A stretch of DNA of 64,000 nt from Candidatus Hodarchaeota archaeon (GCA_048886685.1 JBHLKM010000004.1:82486-146485); one strand, 5' to 3'. Shown: positions 10,022-20,418, numbered from the stretch's first letter. Notes: a model not told the origin generated them from the sequence alone. Made by a program: numbers and translations.

Positions 10022-11092
10022 TTATAACAAGCCAGGTATTTGTTCTCTTTCAAATCGTTTCATCGTTATTGCATCACTGGGACATGTTACAGCACATAAA
10101 CCACATCCAATACACTTTTCTGAATTTACACTAGCAAATTCATTTACAGTAATTGCATTAAATTTACATCGATCAACACAAGTCTCACATGCAGTACATG
10201 CATCCTTGTCTATGCTTGATATAAAATTCGCCCTAGCTATAGCTCTTGGATTATCAAATTCAGTTAAACCTCTCAACATTCCACAACAACATTCACAACA
10301 GGAACATATCACACTGGTAAATTTCGCTGTGTTGTCAGTTGCCAGGACGAGCCCTACTTCTGCGGACTGTCTCATAATTTCTTTAGCTTCTTGTTTTGAG
10401 ATTTTTTTCTTACCAGGATCTTCACCTAGTAATTCAGCACCAGGACCTATTTGAAGGCAATTATGAAGTGGATATTTATCAGTACATTCTCTAACACCAC
10501 TAATTCCTGCTCTTAATCGACATGGACAAGCGATAACTGCAAAAGAACTATATTTATCAATTATACTATAGACTTCTTCTAGGGGAATAATTTCATGCTC
10601 TGGGTCAATTTCTTCACTAACAGTTAAAACTCTCATATATGGTGTACCTTTCCAAGAAGTCTCCCACTTCTTGTAATATTTATCTTCTATGAAGAATTTT
10701 CTACTTAAATCAGCAAAGTTCTTAGCATCTGGTCCCTCATAATTCTCTTTGACTATGAAAGGAACATCGTACATCATAAAAGGATCAAGTAAAGAATATA
10801 GTTTTCCACGGGTTACTATAAATCGTTTTCTACTAACCTCATCAAGCTTCTCGATTAATTCTTCTTTATCAATATTTACTTGATTAGCAAATTCTGTAAT
10901 TTGTATCGCTTCGGGGAAAACAGGGAGAAGTTGAACAATTTTTGCTATTTCAGGACTATACATAAGGCTTAAATATTCGATATATGTTTCAGTAGGTTCA
11001 TCATTTTCGTCTGTTGGAATAGAATGTGGTTTCCTTATCAGCTTTTTGGCAATCTTTATTAAATCTTCTTTATGCTTATCGTCTACTATCAT
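10022..11092 (-). CDS. Multi-Cys 4Fe-4S binding protein
   Basis: [12 protein letters not shown] and two CxxCxxCxxxC motifs; start at 11092 avoids overlap with hypF. Confidence 0.85.
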   Translation of the reverse strand: MIVDDKHKEDLIKIAKKLIRKPHSIPTDENDEPTETYIEYLSLMYSPEIAKIVQLLPVFPEAIQITEFANQVNIDKEELIEKLDEVSRKRFIVTRGKLYSLLDPFMMYDVPFIVKENYEGPDAKNFADLSRKFFIEDKYYKKWETSWKGTPYMRVLTVSEEIDPEHEIIPLEEVYSIIDKYSSFAVIACPCRLRAGISGVRECTDKYPLHNCLQIGPGAELLGEDPGKKKISKQEAKEIMRQSAEVGLVLATDNTAKFTSVICSCCECCCGMLRGLTEFDNPRAIARANFISSIDKDACTACETCVDRCKFNAITVNEFASVNSEKCIGCGLCAVTCPSDAITMKRFEREQIPGLL

Positions 11093-11162
11093 TTTTCTCA
11101 AACTATTTGAATAATTTATATTATATTTTTTATAATTGCCTACAATATTAATAATCTTTCTC

Positions 11163-13565
11163 TTACTCTTTGTTGTAAGCGAATAAACCTCCAATTAATT
11201 GTCCAGAACTTATTCCAGCATCTCCAGGGGGGATAGTATTGTGTTCTAAAAAAGTAAAACCGCATTTTAAAATTTTCTCCTTTATGATATTGGAGAAAGA
11301 ATAATTATATGCAACTCCTCCAGTTAATCCAATTTTATTAATATTATTCTCCTTTGCGATTTTTATGCCTATTTCAGCAAATGTTTTTCCTAACTCAATT
11401 TGAAACTTGGCAGCAATATCCTCATTTTTTAATTTACATTCCTCTAATAAAGAAATAAGGTTGACTACTAAATCTGATGTTTTAATTAAATACATACCAT
11501 CTTTCTTGGTGAATCCTATTTTAAGCTCAACTTTAGCAGGATTTCCTTTCATAGCCATTCCTTCTAACCTCAAAGCAGGTTCTCCTCTATAAGTTTTTAT
11601 TTTTGAGGCTCCTAACAAGTAAGATACCGTATCAAAAATTCTTCCTGTAGAGCTTGTCAATGGGATATTTTGTGAAGGGAATTGATCTTTTGCTTGCTTA
11701 AATTGAGAAGTTAATGTTTTCAATTCAGTACTTTTATACTCAAGATCATTTTCCAATTTGAGTTTTTGAAAAATCTTATCTGATTCCTCTATTCCTAGTG
11801 AGTTTAGGATAATTGATGCTGCCATACGAGCAGGATACTTTGTACATCGATCTCCTCCAATCATAGGTTGATATTCTAACTGACCTAAACGTTTATAATC
11901 ATTATAAGAAGATAATAATACTTCACCACCCCAAATATTACCATCTTCACCATAACCAACACCATCAGTGGAAATTCCTATTATTCTATCGTCTTTTTCT
12001 ACATTATTCTCAGCCATCAATGAGAGGAGATGAGCATAATGATGTTGTATTTTATATAATTCACACTTAAATCGTTTTCCAAGTTCTTTAGCGAATTTAG
12101 TTGTAATAAATTCTGGATGAATATCGCACGCTACAAATTTAACCTCAGAATCTTTAATTTGGAGTAAATTTTTTAAATGATATAAAGCGTCCTTTAAAAA
12201 TTCAAAGGTCTCTAAGTGAGTGATATTTCCTATATGTTGTGTGGGGAAAATTCTGTTTCGTCTTAATATCGCACCTGTCACTGTTAATAATGGTCCTGTG
12301 GCAATAGCCCCTGGGACATCTACTTCGAATGGTAAAGGTATATATTCAGGTACATAACCTCTAGAACGCCTTATTAACTTTACTTTTCCGTCATGAATTC
12401 TTAACACACTGTCATCGGCTCTTTGATAAATAGGTCTATTATGAAGAAGAAAAACATCAACAAGTCCTTCTAGCTGATCAAAAATTTTTGTATTTTCTAG
12501 AGACATAGGAATATAGGATTTATTCCCACTTGTATATATTAATGGTTTTTCTCCAATATAATCAAATAAAAGATGATGTATACCAGAATAAGGAAGCATT
12601 ACTCCGACATTATGCAAACCTGGAGCAACTTGTTTACTTACAAAGGAATTTTCATTTGATTTTATTTTTTCTAATAAAACTATTGGTCTTCGGAAGGAGG
12701 TTAATAACTCAATCTCTTTTTTTGAGATTTTTAAAAAGTTTTCAACAATTTTTAGGTTTGGAAGCATTAAAGCAAACGGTTTATTCTTTCTTTCACCCTT
12801 TCTTTTGCGTAATTTAAGGATAATATCGTCATTGTCAGCTAAACAAACTAAATGAACTCCTCCTATACCCTTAATAGCGACAATATTACCATCAACTATT
12901 ATTTTGGCTGTTTCCTTCAAAATATTTTCTATTGATCCATTTTTAAGTAAATCTCCCTGTTTGCTATAAAGTGTATAATGTGGTCCACACACAGAACACG
13001 CAAAAGTTTGAGCATGAAATCTTCTATTATTGAAATCTGAATATTCTTGAATGCAAGACATTGGTTCAGCTTGGGAACAAAATGGAAAATTTATCATTGT
13101 GCTACGTTCCCTATCATAAGGTAATTCAGTTACGGTAGTAAACCTTGGACCACAAACAGCACACGCGATGAAAGGATAATTATAATATTTCTTTTGGTGA
13201 GAATTTCGCATATCTTTTAAACAGTTATCACAGATTGCAATATCAGGAGGCAGTGTTAAACTAATACCACGTCCTTCTTCACTTTTATGGATTTCCAAAG
13301 TCTTAAACTCTCGTGAATCTTCAAGATAATTTACTTCAATATTCTCTATAAATGAAATATTAGGCTTCTTTAACCTAATATTTTCTAAAAATTTGCTTAA
13401 AATTTTAGCAGGTCCTTGTAGAACTAATCTAACTCCTGCATTCCCTCTATTTAGTATATAGCCATTTAGATTTAAGGAACGAGCTAAATTATAAAGAAAT
13501 GGTCTAAATCCTACTCCTTGGACAATACCCGTTATATTAATTTCTGCTGTTTTATAATCCTTCAA
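11163..13565 (-). CDS. hypF: Hydrogenase maturation carbamoyltransferase
   Basis: GIVQGVGFRPF acylphosphatase domain, Zn fingers, KGIGG, QHHYAH, PPGDAGISSGQ. Confidence 0.97.
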   Translation of the reverse strand: MKDYKTAEINITGIVQGVGFRPFLYNLARSLNLNGYILNRGNAGVRLVLQGPAKILSKFLENIRLKKPNISFIENIEVNYLEDSREFKTLEIHKSEEGRGISLTLPPDIAICDNCLKDMRNSHQKKYYNYPFIACAVCGPRFTTVTELPYDRERSTMINFPFCSQAEPMSCIQEYSDFNNRRFHAQTFACSVCGPHYTLYSKQGDLLKNGSIENILKETAKIIVDGNIVAIKGIGGVHLVCLADNDDIILKLRKRKGERKNKPFALMLPNLKIVENFLKISKKEIELLTSFRRPIVLLEKIKSNENSFVSKQVAPGLHNVGVMLPYSGIHHLLFDYIGEKPLIYTSGNKSYIPMSLENTKIFDQLEGLVDVFLLHNRPIYQRADDSVLRIHDGKVKLIRRSRGYVPEYIPLPFEVDVPGAIATGPLLTVTGAILRRNRIFPTQHIGNITHLETFEFLKDALYHLKNLLQIKDSEVKFVACDIHPEFITTKFAKELGKRFKCELYKIQHHYAHLLSLMAENNVEKDDRIIGISTDGVGYGEDGNIWGGEVLLSSYNDYKRLGQLEYQPMIGGDRCTKYPARMAASIILNSLGIEESDKIFQKLKLENDLEYKSTELKTLTSQFKQAKDQFPSQNIPLTSSTGRIFDTVSYLLGASKIKTYRGEPALRLEGMAMKGNPAKVELKIGFTKKDGMYLIKTSDLVVNLISLLEECKLKNEDIAAKFQIELGKTFAEIGIKIAKENNINKIGLTGGVAYNYSFSNIIKEKILKCGFTFLEHNTIPPGDAGISSGQLIGGLFAYNKE

Positions 13566-13714
13566 TTAAGTATATTCGAACTTTCATATTAAATTTAAAT
13601 CTAAATTAATTAATAATCGTTATAAAAAAAAGCTAATATTTTATTATTATAAGTATTATTAGTTTAAGATCTTGTTTTAAAACCAATTAATATATGAAGT
13701 AGTGAGATTTTAAA

Positions 13715-14587
13715 ATGGATATCAAAGAGAATAGATGGGAAGTTCCTTTCCATAAGGCTTTTTTCAAAACTAGTCATAATTCGTATGAACATTCTATAAG
13801 AGAACAATTAAACAAAGGAGTCAGAGGTCTTGAATATGATATCCATGATGATAAAATACAAGAATTAGGAGATTTTGAAGTATATCATTTGCAAAACAAC
13901 ATTGATGTACTCCTCGGAAAAGAAGGTAATCCAAATGATTATTTGTTTTCTAATTGGCTTAAAGTTCTAAATGATTGGTCTAATGACCAAAATAAAGAGC
14001 ATGCCCCAATCACTCTTTTTGTAGAACTTAAAGATAATATTATTGATTCAAACAATGAACCAGACGAGTTGTTTGGAATCAAGAAATTAAATAAACTAAT
14101 TACGAGTTCATTTGAATATCGAACTCTTTTTACTTTTAATGATTTTAAAGAAAATGATTTTAAATGGCCAACAGTTAAAGAATTAAAAGGTTGTATTTTA
14201 ATCGTACTCGTTAGCTATTGGGGAGGATATTGGGCTGCAAGTGAAGGGGGATTCGATTCAAGATTAAAATATTTAAACAATTGTCTGGAGGGTAAAGATG
14301 ATGTCTGTTTTGTTTCATGGGTTCAAGAAGATAAAGGAACTGGAGTATCCCATCTTAAGGAAAATGCTCAATTTTGGAAATGTAGCCTAGATTATAGTAC
14401 CAAAAATTTTTCTGAGAATATTAAGTCTCAAAGATTAACTAGAGCAGATTTTGATAAAATAGTATGGGGAAGACATGTGAAAACCTATTTTAGCAAAAAT
14501 TATGAAAAAGGTTATCGTTGTAATTTTCCTGCTACAGATGCTTGGAGAACTGATAAATATGCTTCTTGTTTTCCATGGTCGGTTTAA
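13715..14587 (+). CDS. PI-phospholipase C X-domain-like phosphodiesterase
   Basis: SHNSY..QLNKGVRGLEYDIH..VYH..HAPITLFVELKD..WPTVKELKG pattern. Confidence 0.7.
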   Translation: MDIKENRWEVPFHKAFFKTSHNSYEHSIREQLNKGVRGLEYDIHDDKIQELGDFEVYHLQNNIDVLLGKEGNPNDYLFSNWLKVLNDWSNDQNKEHAPITLFVELKDNIIDSNNEPDELFGIKKLNKLITSSFEYRTLFTFNDFKENDFKWPTVKELKGCILIVLVSYWGGYWAASEGGFDSRLKYLNNCLEGKDDVCFVSWVQEDKGTGVSHLKENAQFWKCSLDYSTKNFSENIKSQRLTRADFDKIVWGRHVKTYFSKNYEKGYRCNFPATDAWRTDKYASCFPWSV

Positions 14588-15687
14588 AAATTATTGTTAC
14601 TATGATATTTATAATAGATGCTACATGTTCCCTCTAGGGAAACCATACAAGGACCAATAGGATTAAGAGGTGTACATTCCTTCCTAAATAATTTACATTC
14701 ATAAGGGTAAAGTTTACCGACCATTATTAAGTGACAAGAACACCCAGGTGGAATATCTTGAGACTTTTCGATTTTTATATCAAATTTCTTATCAGCATCA
14801 AATTTTTGATATTTTTCTCTAATAATTAATCCACCATCATATACCCTTCCAATCCCCCTCCATGGGGATGACACTGGTTGAAAAACATCATCGATGACTT
14901 TTTGGGCTATAATATTCCCTTCAGGCTTCACCACTCTTGAATATTCATTTATTGTATCAAATTTTTTATCTCTTACTTGCTTTAAAAGCATTAAAATAGA
15001 GAGCAATACATCATTCGGCTCAAAACCAGAAATCACATTAGGAATTTTATACCCTTGCGAAAAGATTTCATATGGTTTTAATCCTATAATAGTTGATACA
15101 TGACCAGGAGATATAAAACCGTCTATCCTTAACTGGGATTGACTCATTAAAAGCTCCAAAGCGGCTGGGATCAATTTATGGGCACAAATTACTGAAAAAT
15201 TTGAGGGAGGTTCGGATTGTAATTCATATCCAATTAAGGGTACAGTAGTTTCAAAACCTATAGCAAAAAATATCACTTCTTTATCTGGATTTTGTTTAGC
15301 AATCTTAATTGCATCATGTGGACCATAAACAATTCGAATGTCTGCACCTTTTGCTTTGAGTTCAGCTAGAGATATATTTGTCGCAGGAACTCGTATCATA
15401 TCACCAAAAGTAGTTATTATCGTATCATCTCTTCTCCCAAGCTCAACAGCTTTATCAATATCAGCAGCAGGACAAATACAGACAGGGCATCCCGGACCAG
15501 ACAATATTTCAATTTCTTTAGGTAGAATCGTTCTTAACCCATATTTAGAAATAGTGTGTTCATGGGTTCCACAGACATGCATAAACTTAATAGGCTTGTT
15601 TATTTCTTTAATTATTTTGTTTATTCCTTTTATAACCTTATCAGTAAAATCTTTACTCCTTAGAATATTCAATCCTGGAACTTCCAT
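14584..15687 (-). CDS. hypD: Hydrogenase maturation protein HypD
   Basis: HVCGTHE, GPGCPVC, GFETT, PGHVS, GPCMVSLEGTC. Confidence 0.97.
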   Translation of the reverse strand: MEVPGLNILRSKDFTDKVIKGINKIIKEINKPIKFMHVCGTHEHTISKYGLRTILPKEIEILSGPGCPVCICPAADIDKAVELGRRDDTIITTFGDMIRVPATNISLAELKAKGADIRIVYGPHDAIKIAKQNPDKEVIFFAIGFETTVPLIGYELQSEPPSNFSVICAHKLIPAALELLMSQSQLRIDGFISPGHVSTIIGLKPYEIFSQGYKIPNVISGFEPNDVLLSILMLLKQVRDKKFDTINEYSRVVKPEGNIIAQKVIDDVFQPVSSPWRGIGRVYDGGLIIREKYQKFDADKKFDIKIEKSQDIPPGCSCHLIMVGKLYPYECKLFRKECTPLNPIGPCMVSLEGTCSIYYKYHSNNNF

Positions 15688-15699
15688 TTTTTACACCTT

Positions 15700-16752
15700 T
15701 TAGCAAATTCGCGGTATCGGTTCTCCCAAGGGCATGTCAACAAATCGGGTACCTCCTACTATCGTTCTTAACAATACTCTTTTGGGATTTTCAGGTTTCA
15801 CTTCTCCAATTATTTTAGCTTCTTTTCCAATTTGAGTAGATTTTATTTTCTCTAAAACGTTTTCTGATTTTGCGGGATCAACCGCTAAGAGAGCCCTTCC
15901 TTCACATGCTATATTATAAGGATCCAATCCTAACATATCACAAATTGCTGAAACTTGTTTTTTAACTGGAACCTTTTCTTCCTCAATCCATATGCTAACA
16001 TTTGATTTTTGAGCCCAATCATTTAAAGTAGCAGCAATACCACCACGAGTGGGATCCTTCATCGCATGAATTAAGTTATTATTAATTTCATGCTTGATCG
16101 CATTATAAATTTCAAGCAGTAAAGAGATATCTGATTTTAAATCAGTTGAGATATTCAGTCCTTCACGAGAAGCCATCAATGCAGTCCCATGATCTCCAAT
16201 ACTCCCAGTTAAAATAATTTTATCACCTGCTTTTAGATGACTATCTAAAATCTTGATGCTTTTATCTTTAATACCAATACCCGTTGTAGCTATTATTATT
16301 TCATTTAATGTACCTCTTGGCATTACCTTAGTATCTCCCGCAATTATAGCAATATTCGCTTCCTTTGTTTTCAAATTCATAGAATTAACCAACTTTCCTA
16401 ATTTTTCAAATTCAAATCCTTCTTCAATGATTATCATGGAAGTTAGAGCAATAGGTTCTGCTCCCATCATAATAAGGTCATTTACAGTACCACATACACT
16501 TAATGTTCCTAGATCACCGCCAGGAAAAAATAAAGGAAAAACCGTATGACCATCTGCAGTAACCACAATTTCTTTATTATAGCCATCTAAAGGGATAGTA
16601 GCACCATCATCTAATTCTTCGACACCTATACCATTATTTGCTTTTTTAAATGGTATATCTTTTGTAATAAAATCAATTAGTTTTTCTTGTAAAACTCCAC
16701 CAGCTCCGTGTGCCAAACGGATTACATCTGAGCTCTCTTTTTTTTCACTCAT
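15700..16752 (-). CDS. hypE: Hydrogenase maturation carbamoyl dehydratase
   Basis: AHGAGG, FFPGGDLG, GDTKV, DPTRGG, C-terminal PRIC. Confidence 0.97.
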   Translation of the reverse strand: MSEKKESSDVIRLAHGAGGVLQEKLIDFITKDIPFKKANNGIGVEELDDGATIPLDGYNKEIVVTADGHTVFPLFFPGGDLGTLSVCGTVNDLIMMGAEPIALTSMIIIEEGFEFEKLGKLVNSMNLKTKEANIAIIAGDTKVMPRGTLNEIIIATTGIGIKDKSIKILDSHLKAGDKIILTGSIGDHGTALMASREGLNISTDLKSDISLLLEIYNAIKHEINNNLIHAMKDPTRGGIAATLNDWAQKSNVSIWIEEEKVPVKKQVSAICDMLGLDPYNIACEGRALLAVDPAKSENVLEKIKSTQIGKEAKIIGEVKPENPKRVLLRTIVGGTRFVDMPLGEPIPRIC

Positions 16753-16978
16753 AATAAAAAAAAAGAAATGACAATTAAAAGAATTTAGTTGTTTTTGTAG
16801 AAGTGCAAACTAAGTTTTTTAAAATCAATTTAAGTAATTGTTTTACATTTTTTTATAGAATTTATTTGAGAAAGAGTAATTTTTTAATAATTTTAACAAT
16901 AAACTATCTCAACTAATTTTTTTTATTACAAATTAGCTATTCTAAATTAAAAAAAAAATACAAAAAAATTGATGAAAA

Positions 16979-18283
16979 ATGGTAAAAGTGGCTTTTATGC
17001 AACTTTCCGATTGTTGGGGGTGCCATCAATCCTTATTAAATACTCATTTAGGATTGTTACCTGTTCTTCCAGCACTCGAGATTGTTTATTGGCCAGCTGT
17101 AGTAGACTTTAAAGATGATTCATTGAAAGCGAGAGAGGATGGTTCGATTTTAGTCGGTTTTATTGAAGGATCTATAAGAACTAAAGAAGATCTTGAAAGT
17201 GTTAAATTAATGAGGCATAAATGTGCTCTCATTATAGCATTTGGTTCTTGTGCTTGTTATGGAAACGTAGCTGGATTAGCTAACCAGTGGGATATTGAAG
17301 AATGTCAAAACCGAAAATTCTTAGAGGTTGAATCTGCAACTGAACCGAAGATTCCAACTCAACATGTACCTGGATTTCAAGATAAAATCGTAAATGTTGA
17401 TGAAATAATTAACGTAGATGCTTATATCTCAGGATGTCCACCAAAACCAGAAGGTATAGTCTCCGCAGTAGCATTTCTGTTAGGACAAAAACCTTTCCCT
17501 CTGAATGATCTAGCATTTTGTAATGATTGCAGTATTAAAAATGATTGTTTATTAGATGCGGGAAAATTTTGTTTTGGATCAATTACTAGTATAGGATGTA
17601 GTTTAAAATGTACTACTAATGGAAACCCATGTGTTGGTTGCTTTGGTCCAGCAAAAACGGTAGATTCAAGAGCTGAGAAGTTAAACAGTATGTCGAAAAA
17701 TCTGACATCAATTAGTTCAGGGGATAAAAAGAATTTGTATGAGTTTTTAACTCTATTCTTAAATATTCCGCTGATGGCAGGATTTGATTTAGCTGGAGAT
17801 ATATTAAAACAAGTCAAAAGATATGGAAGTCCTAAAACCCCTTTAGCAAATTTACCTCCAACAACGGAGGAAATTGCAGGGGAATTAATGGTTTTCTTGA
17901 GAGATAATCCGGATTTCATTGAAATATCAAATGTCTGCGACACATGTCCTAGAATCATAGGAAGTAAATCTACGATGACAAGAGTTAAAAGAGATTATGA
18001 AGGACTACCTAATATGGATGATTGTCTTATTGAACAAGGTTATATCTGTATGGGTCCTGTCACTAAAGCTGGCTGTGGTGGTATGTGTATAAAGGTTAAT
18101 GCTCCGTGTTCTGGCTGTTTTGGTCAGACAGAGTGGGGTGTTAATCAAGCAGAGAGATTTGCAGATACAGTATTAAAACAATTTAATGTGAGCTTATCGA
18201 AGGATGATCTACTTGCTCAAGTAAAAGATCCCATTGGTACTTTTGAAAAATTCACATTAGCATCAAGAAAAGGAGGCGTATAA
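16979..18283 (+). CDS. vhuG: F420-non-reducing hydrogenase small subunit with duplicated C-terminal Fe-S module
   Basis: CWGC, EGSI, GSCA, GCPP, then two copies of the CxxC..CL..G..C.G..T..GC...C......C.GCFG module. Confidence 0.85.
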   Translation: MVKVAFMQLSDCWGCHQSLLNTHLGLLPVLPALEIVYWPAVVDFKDDSLKAREDGSILVGFIEGSIRTKEDLESVKLMRHKCALIIAFGSCACYGNVAGLANQWDIEECQNRKFLEVESATEPKIPTQHVPGFQDKIVNVDEIINVDAYISGCPPKPEGIVSAVAFLLGQKPFPLNDLAFCNDCSIKNDCLLDAGKFCFGSITSIGCSLKCTTNGNPCVGCFGPAKTVDSRAEKLNSMSKNLTSISSGDKKNLYEFLTLFLNIPLMAGFDLAGDILKQVKRYGSPKTPLANLPPTTEEIAGELMVFLRDNPDFIEISNVCDTCPRIIGSKSTMTRVKRDYEGLPNMDDCLIEQGYICMGPVTKAGCGGMCIKVNAPCSGCFGQTEWGVNQAERFADTVLKQFNVSLSKDDLLAQVKDPIGTFEKFTLASRKGGV

Positions 18284-18287
18284 AAAA

Positions 18288-19592
18288 ATGGTAAAAGAGA
18301 TAGAAGTAGAGCCAGTCACTCGATTAGAGGGACATGGTGGTCTGAGATTAGTTTTAGGTGACGATGGAAAAGTACAAAGTGTACAATTTAACATCACTTC
18401 GACGAGATTTTTTGAAAAATTTCTTGAAGGACGTTATTGTGAACATATCCCAAGAATAACACCTAGAATTTGCGGTATTTGTCCCATTCCTCATCATCTG
18501 ACACCAACTAAAGCTGTAGAAGATGCTTGGGGTGTACAGATTCCTCCTGCGGCATATAAATTACGACAATTATTGCAGAACGCAAAACAATATTCATCAC
18601 ATGCATTGCATTTCTATGCACTCGCAGCCCCTGATTTCTTATTAGGACCTATGGCTGACCCTGCATTAAGAAATGTTGTCCATGTTATTAACAAAATGCC
18701 AGATGTAGGTGCAATGGCATTAAAAATGATGGATTTTGGTCAAAAATTATGTCAGGTAATTGGTGGAAAATCAGTACACCCAATTTCAGCTATTGTTGGT
18801 GGTATGAAGAAACCTATGGATGAAAGTGCAAGGGATTTGTTTTTAAAACAAATTGAGGATCAAGTTGAATGGACAAAAAAGACTGTTGATATCGGTTTAA
18901 AAGTAGTTGAAGATTACTGGGATGTCGTTGCTAATGTTGGAGTTGTTCCTACTTATTACGTTGGTTTGACAAAAAACGGTGTTCATGATATTTATGATGG
19001 GGATATTAGAATTGTCTCTCCTACTGGAGAAAAATTCGATTATGCTCCTCAAAAATATCTAGATGCCTTAGGTGAACATATTCCAGAACACTCTTATGCA
19101 ACTCATATGTATTATAAACCTGCAGGATATCCTGAGGGAATTTACCGAGCAAATACATTAGCAATGATTAACGCAGCCGATAAAATGGCAACTCCTTTAG
19201 CTGATGAGGCACTACAAGCAATGAGAGCAAAAATTGGGAATGTACCTCATCATACATTTGCGTATCATTGGGCTCGATTAATCGAGTTAGTTGAGTCGAT
19301 TGAAGTTATTGCAACATTGCTTCAAGATGATGATATTGTTAATCCCGATTGCAAAACATTGGATGTTCAACCTAAAGAAGGGAATGGTGTCGGAGTTACT
19401 GAAGCTCCAAGGGGTTTACTTTTATATAATATATGGTCTGATGCTGAAGGTATCTGCAAGAAAGCAAACCTCTTAGTAGCAACCAACCACAATATTGCGG
19501 GAATCGAAAAGACATTAATGCATGTTGCTAAACAAGTATTTGAAGACAAAGCGCTAGAAGGATTAAAATTACCAGATCCATGGATTAAATAA
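18288..19592 (+). CDS. vhuA: F420-non-reducing [NiFeSe] hydrogenase large subunit, split form without the C-terminal metal motif
   Basis: VTRLEGHG, RICGICPIPH, EAPRG, ATNHN; ends without DPCxxC. Confidence 0.92.
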   Translation: MVKEIEVEPVTRLEGHGGLRLVLGDDGKVQSVQFNITSTRFFEKFLEGRYCEHIPRITPRICGICPIPHHLTPTKAVEDAWGVQIPPAAYKLRQLLQNAKQYSSHALHFYALAAPDFLLGPMADPALRNVVHVINKMPDVGAMALKMMDFGQKLCQVIGGKSVHPISAIVGGMKKPMDESARDLFLKQIEDQVEWTKKTVDIGLKVVEDYWDVVANVGVVPTYYVGLTKNGVHDIYDGDIRIVSPTGEKFDYAPQKYLDALGEHIPEHSYATHMYYKPAGYPEGIYRANTLAMINAADKMATPLADEALQAMRAKIGNVPHHTFAYHWARLIELVESIEVIATLLQDDDIVNPDCKTLDVQPKEGNGVGVTEAPRGLLLYNIWSDAEGICKKANLLVATNHNIAGIEKTLMHVAKQVFEDKALEGLKLPDPWIK

Positions 19593-19625
19593 ACTAAATC
19601 AAAATTTAGAGTGTGAAGAAAAAAG

Positions 19626-19775
19626 ATGAGTGATATACCAGAAGGGGTAGTAAATGTCTTAGAAATGATAGTCCGTTGTTTTGACTGTTGACTATCATGT
19701 GCCGCTCACATCACAGTTGTTGATGAGGATGGTAAAGAAATTTACTCTCGTGAGATGCACGTTGGTTTAGGATGA
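19626..19775 (+). CDS. vhuU: Selenoprotein VhuU (MSDIPEGVVNVLEMIVRCFDCULSCAAHITVVDEDGKEIYSREMHVGLG)
   Basis: Reading through TGA 19689-19691 restores the hydrogenase motif EM.VR..D.UxxCxxH missing from VhuA, followed by a cleavable C-terminal extension. Confidence 0.92.
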
Positions 19776-19833
19776 AATATCTAATAAAAATCATAGATTG
19801 GATATGACTGCCCTTGCATGGGTTAAAACCAAC
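19761..19833 (+). promoter_or_regulatory. Candidate eukaryote-like SECIS element
   Basis: GTTGGTTT(19761-68)/AAACCAAC(19826-33) outer helix; ATGA 19772-75; 9-bp helix 19777-85/19797-805; apical AAAAA; GA 19806-07. Confidence 0.6.
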
Positions 19834-19879
19834 CAATAAAAAAAAATGAAAAAAATACTCGAAAAAAACGTGATAAAAT

Positions 19880-20404
19880 ATGACATTACCATTAGGTATA
19901 GATTTTGAATTTAGGAAACTTGTTATGGACGTACATATTGGATCTGATAAGATTAAATATTGTTATCAATGTAGCAGATGTACAGACAATTGTCCTGTCG
20001 CTGCAGTTGCTAACCCATTTTATGAAAACGTTTTTGATCCTAGATTAATTGTCCTTGGTACTCTTTTAGGATATAAAGATGTTGTAATGGCTCTTGCAGG
20101 TACAAAATCGGCGATAGTACCATGGGGCTGTACAGTATGTGACACGTGTGATACCGTTTGTCCTCAAGCTATCGAGGTTACTGAGATTATTACTTTAGCA
20201 AAAAACGTAACTACTGGAGCCGGTTTGGCACCAGACAATGTCGTAGCTCAGGCAAAAACTGTTTTCGAAAATGGAAAAGCGATTCCATCTCAACCAGCGA
20301 TCGAGAGAAGACGTGAGCAATTAGGCTTACCAGCTGTAGTTGCACCAGATATTAATGAAGTACAAACTTTGTTAAAAGCAATAGGTGCAGATAAAAAATT
20401 ATAA
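19880..20404 (+). CDS. hdrC: Heterodisulfide reductase subunit C
   Basis: CYQCSRCTDNCP and WGCTVCDTCDTVCPQ; upstream of hdrB. Confidence 0.9.
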   Translation: MTLPLGIDFEFRKLVMDVHIGSDKIKYCYQCSRCTDNCPVAAVANPFYENVFDPRLIVLGTLLGYKDVVMALAGTKSAIVPWGCTVCDTCDTVCPQAIEVTEIITLAKNVTTGAGLAPDNVVAQAKTVFENGKAIPSQPAIERRREQLGLPAVVAPDINEVQTLLKAIGADKKL

Positions 20405-20418
20405 TGGAGGTTAAAAAA

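Noticed and set aside
19804-19850. Alternative SECIS starting at the second ATGA (19804)
   Set aside because: No helix brings a downstream GA opposite it; it fits better as the 3' GA of the element starting at 19772
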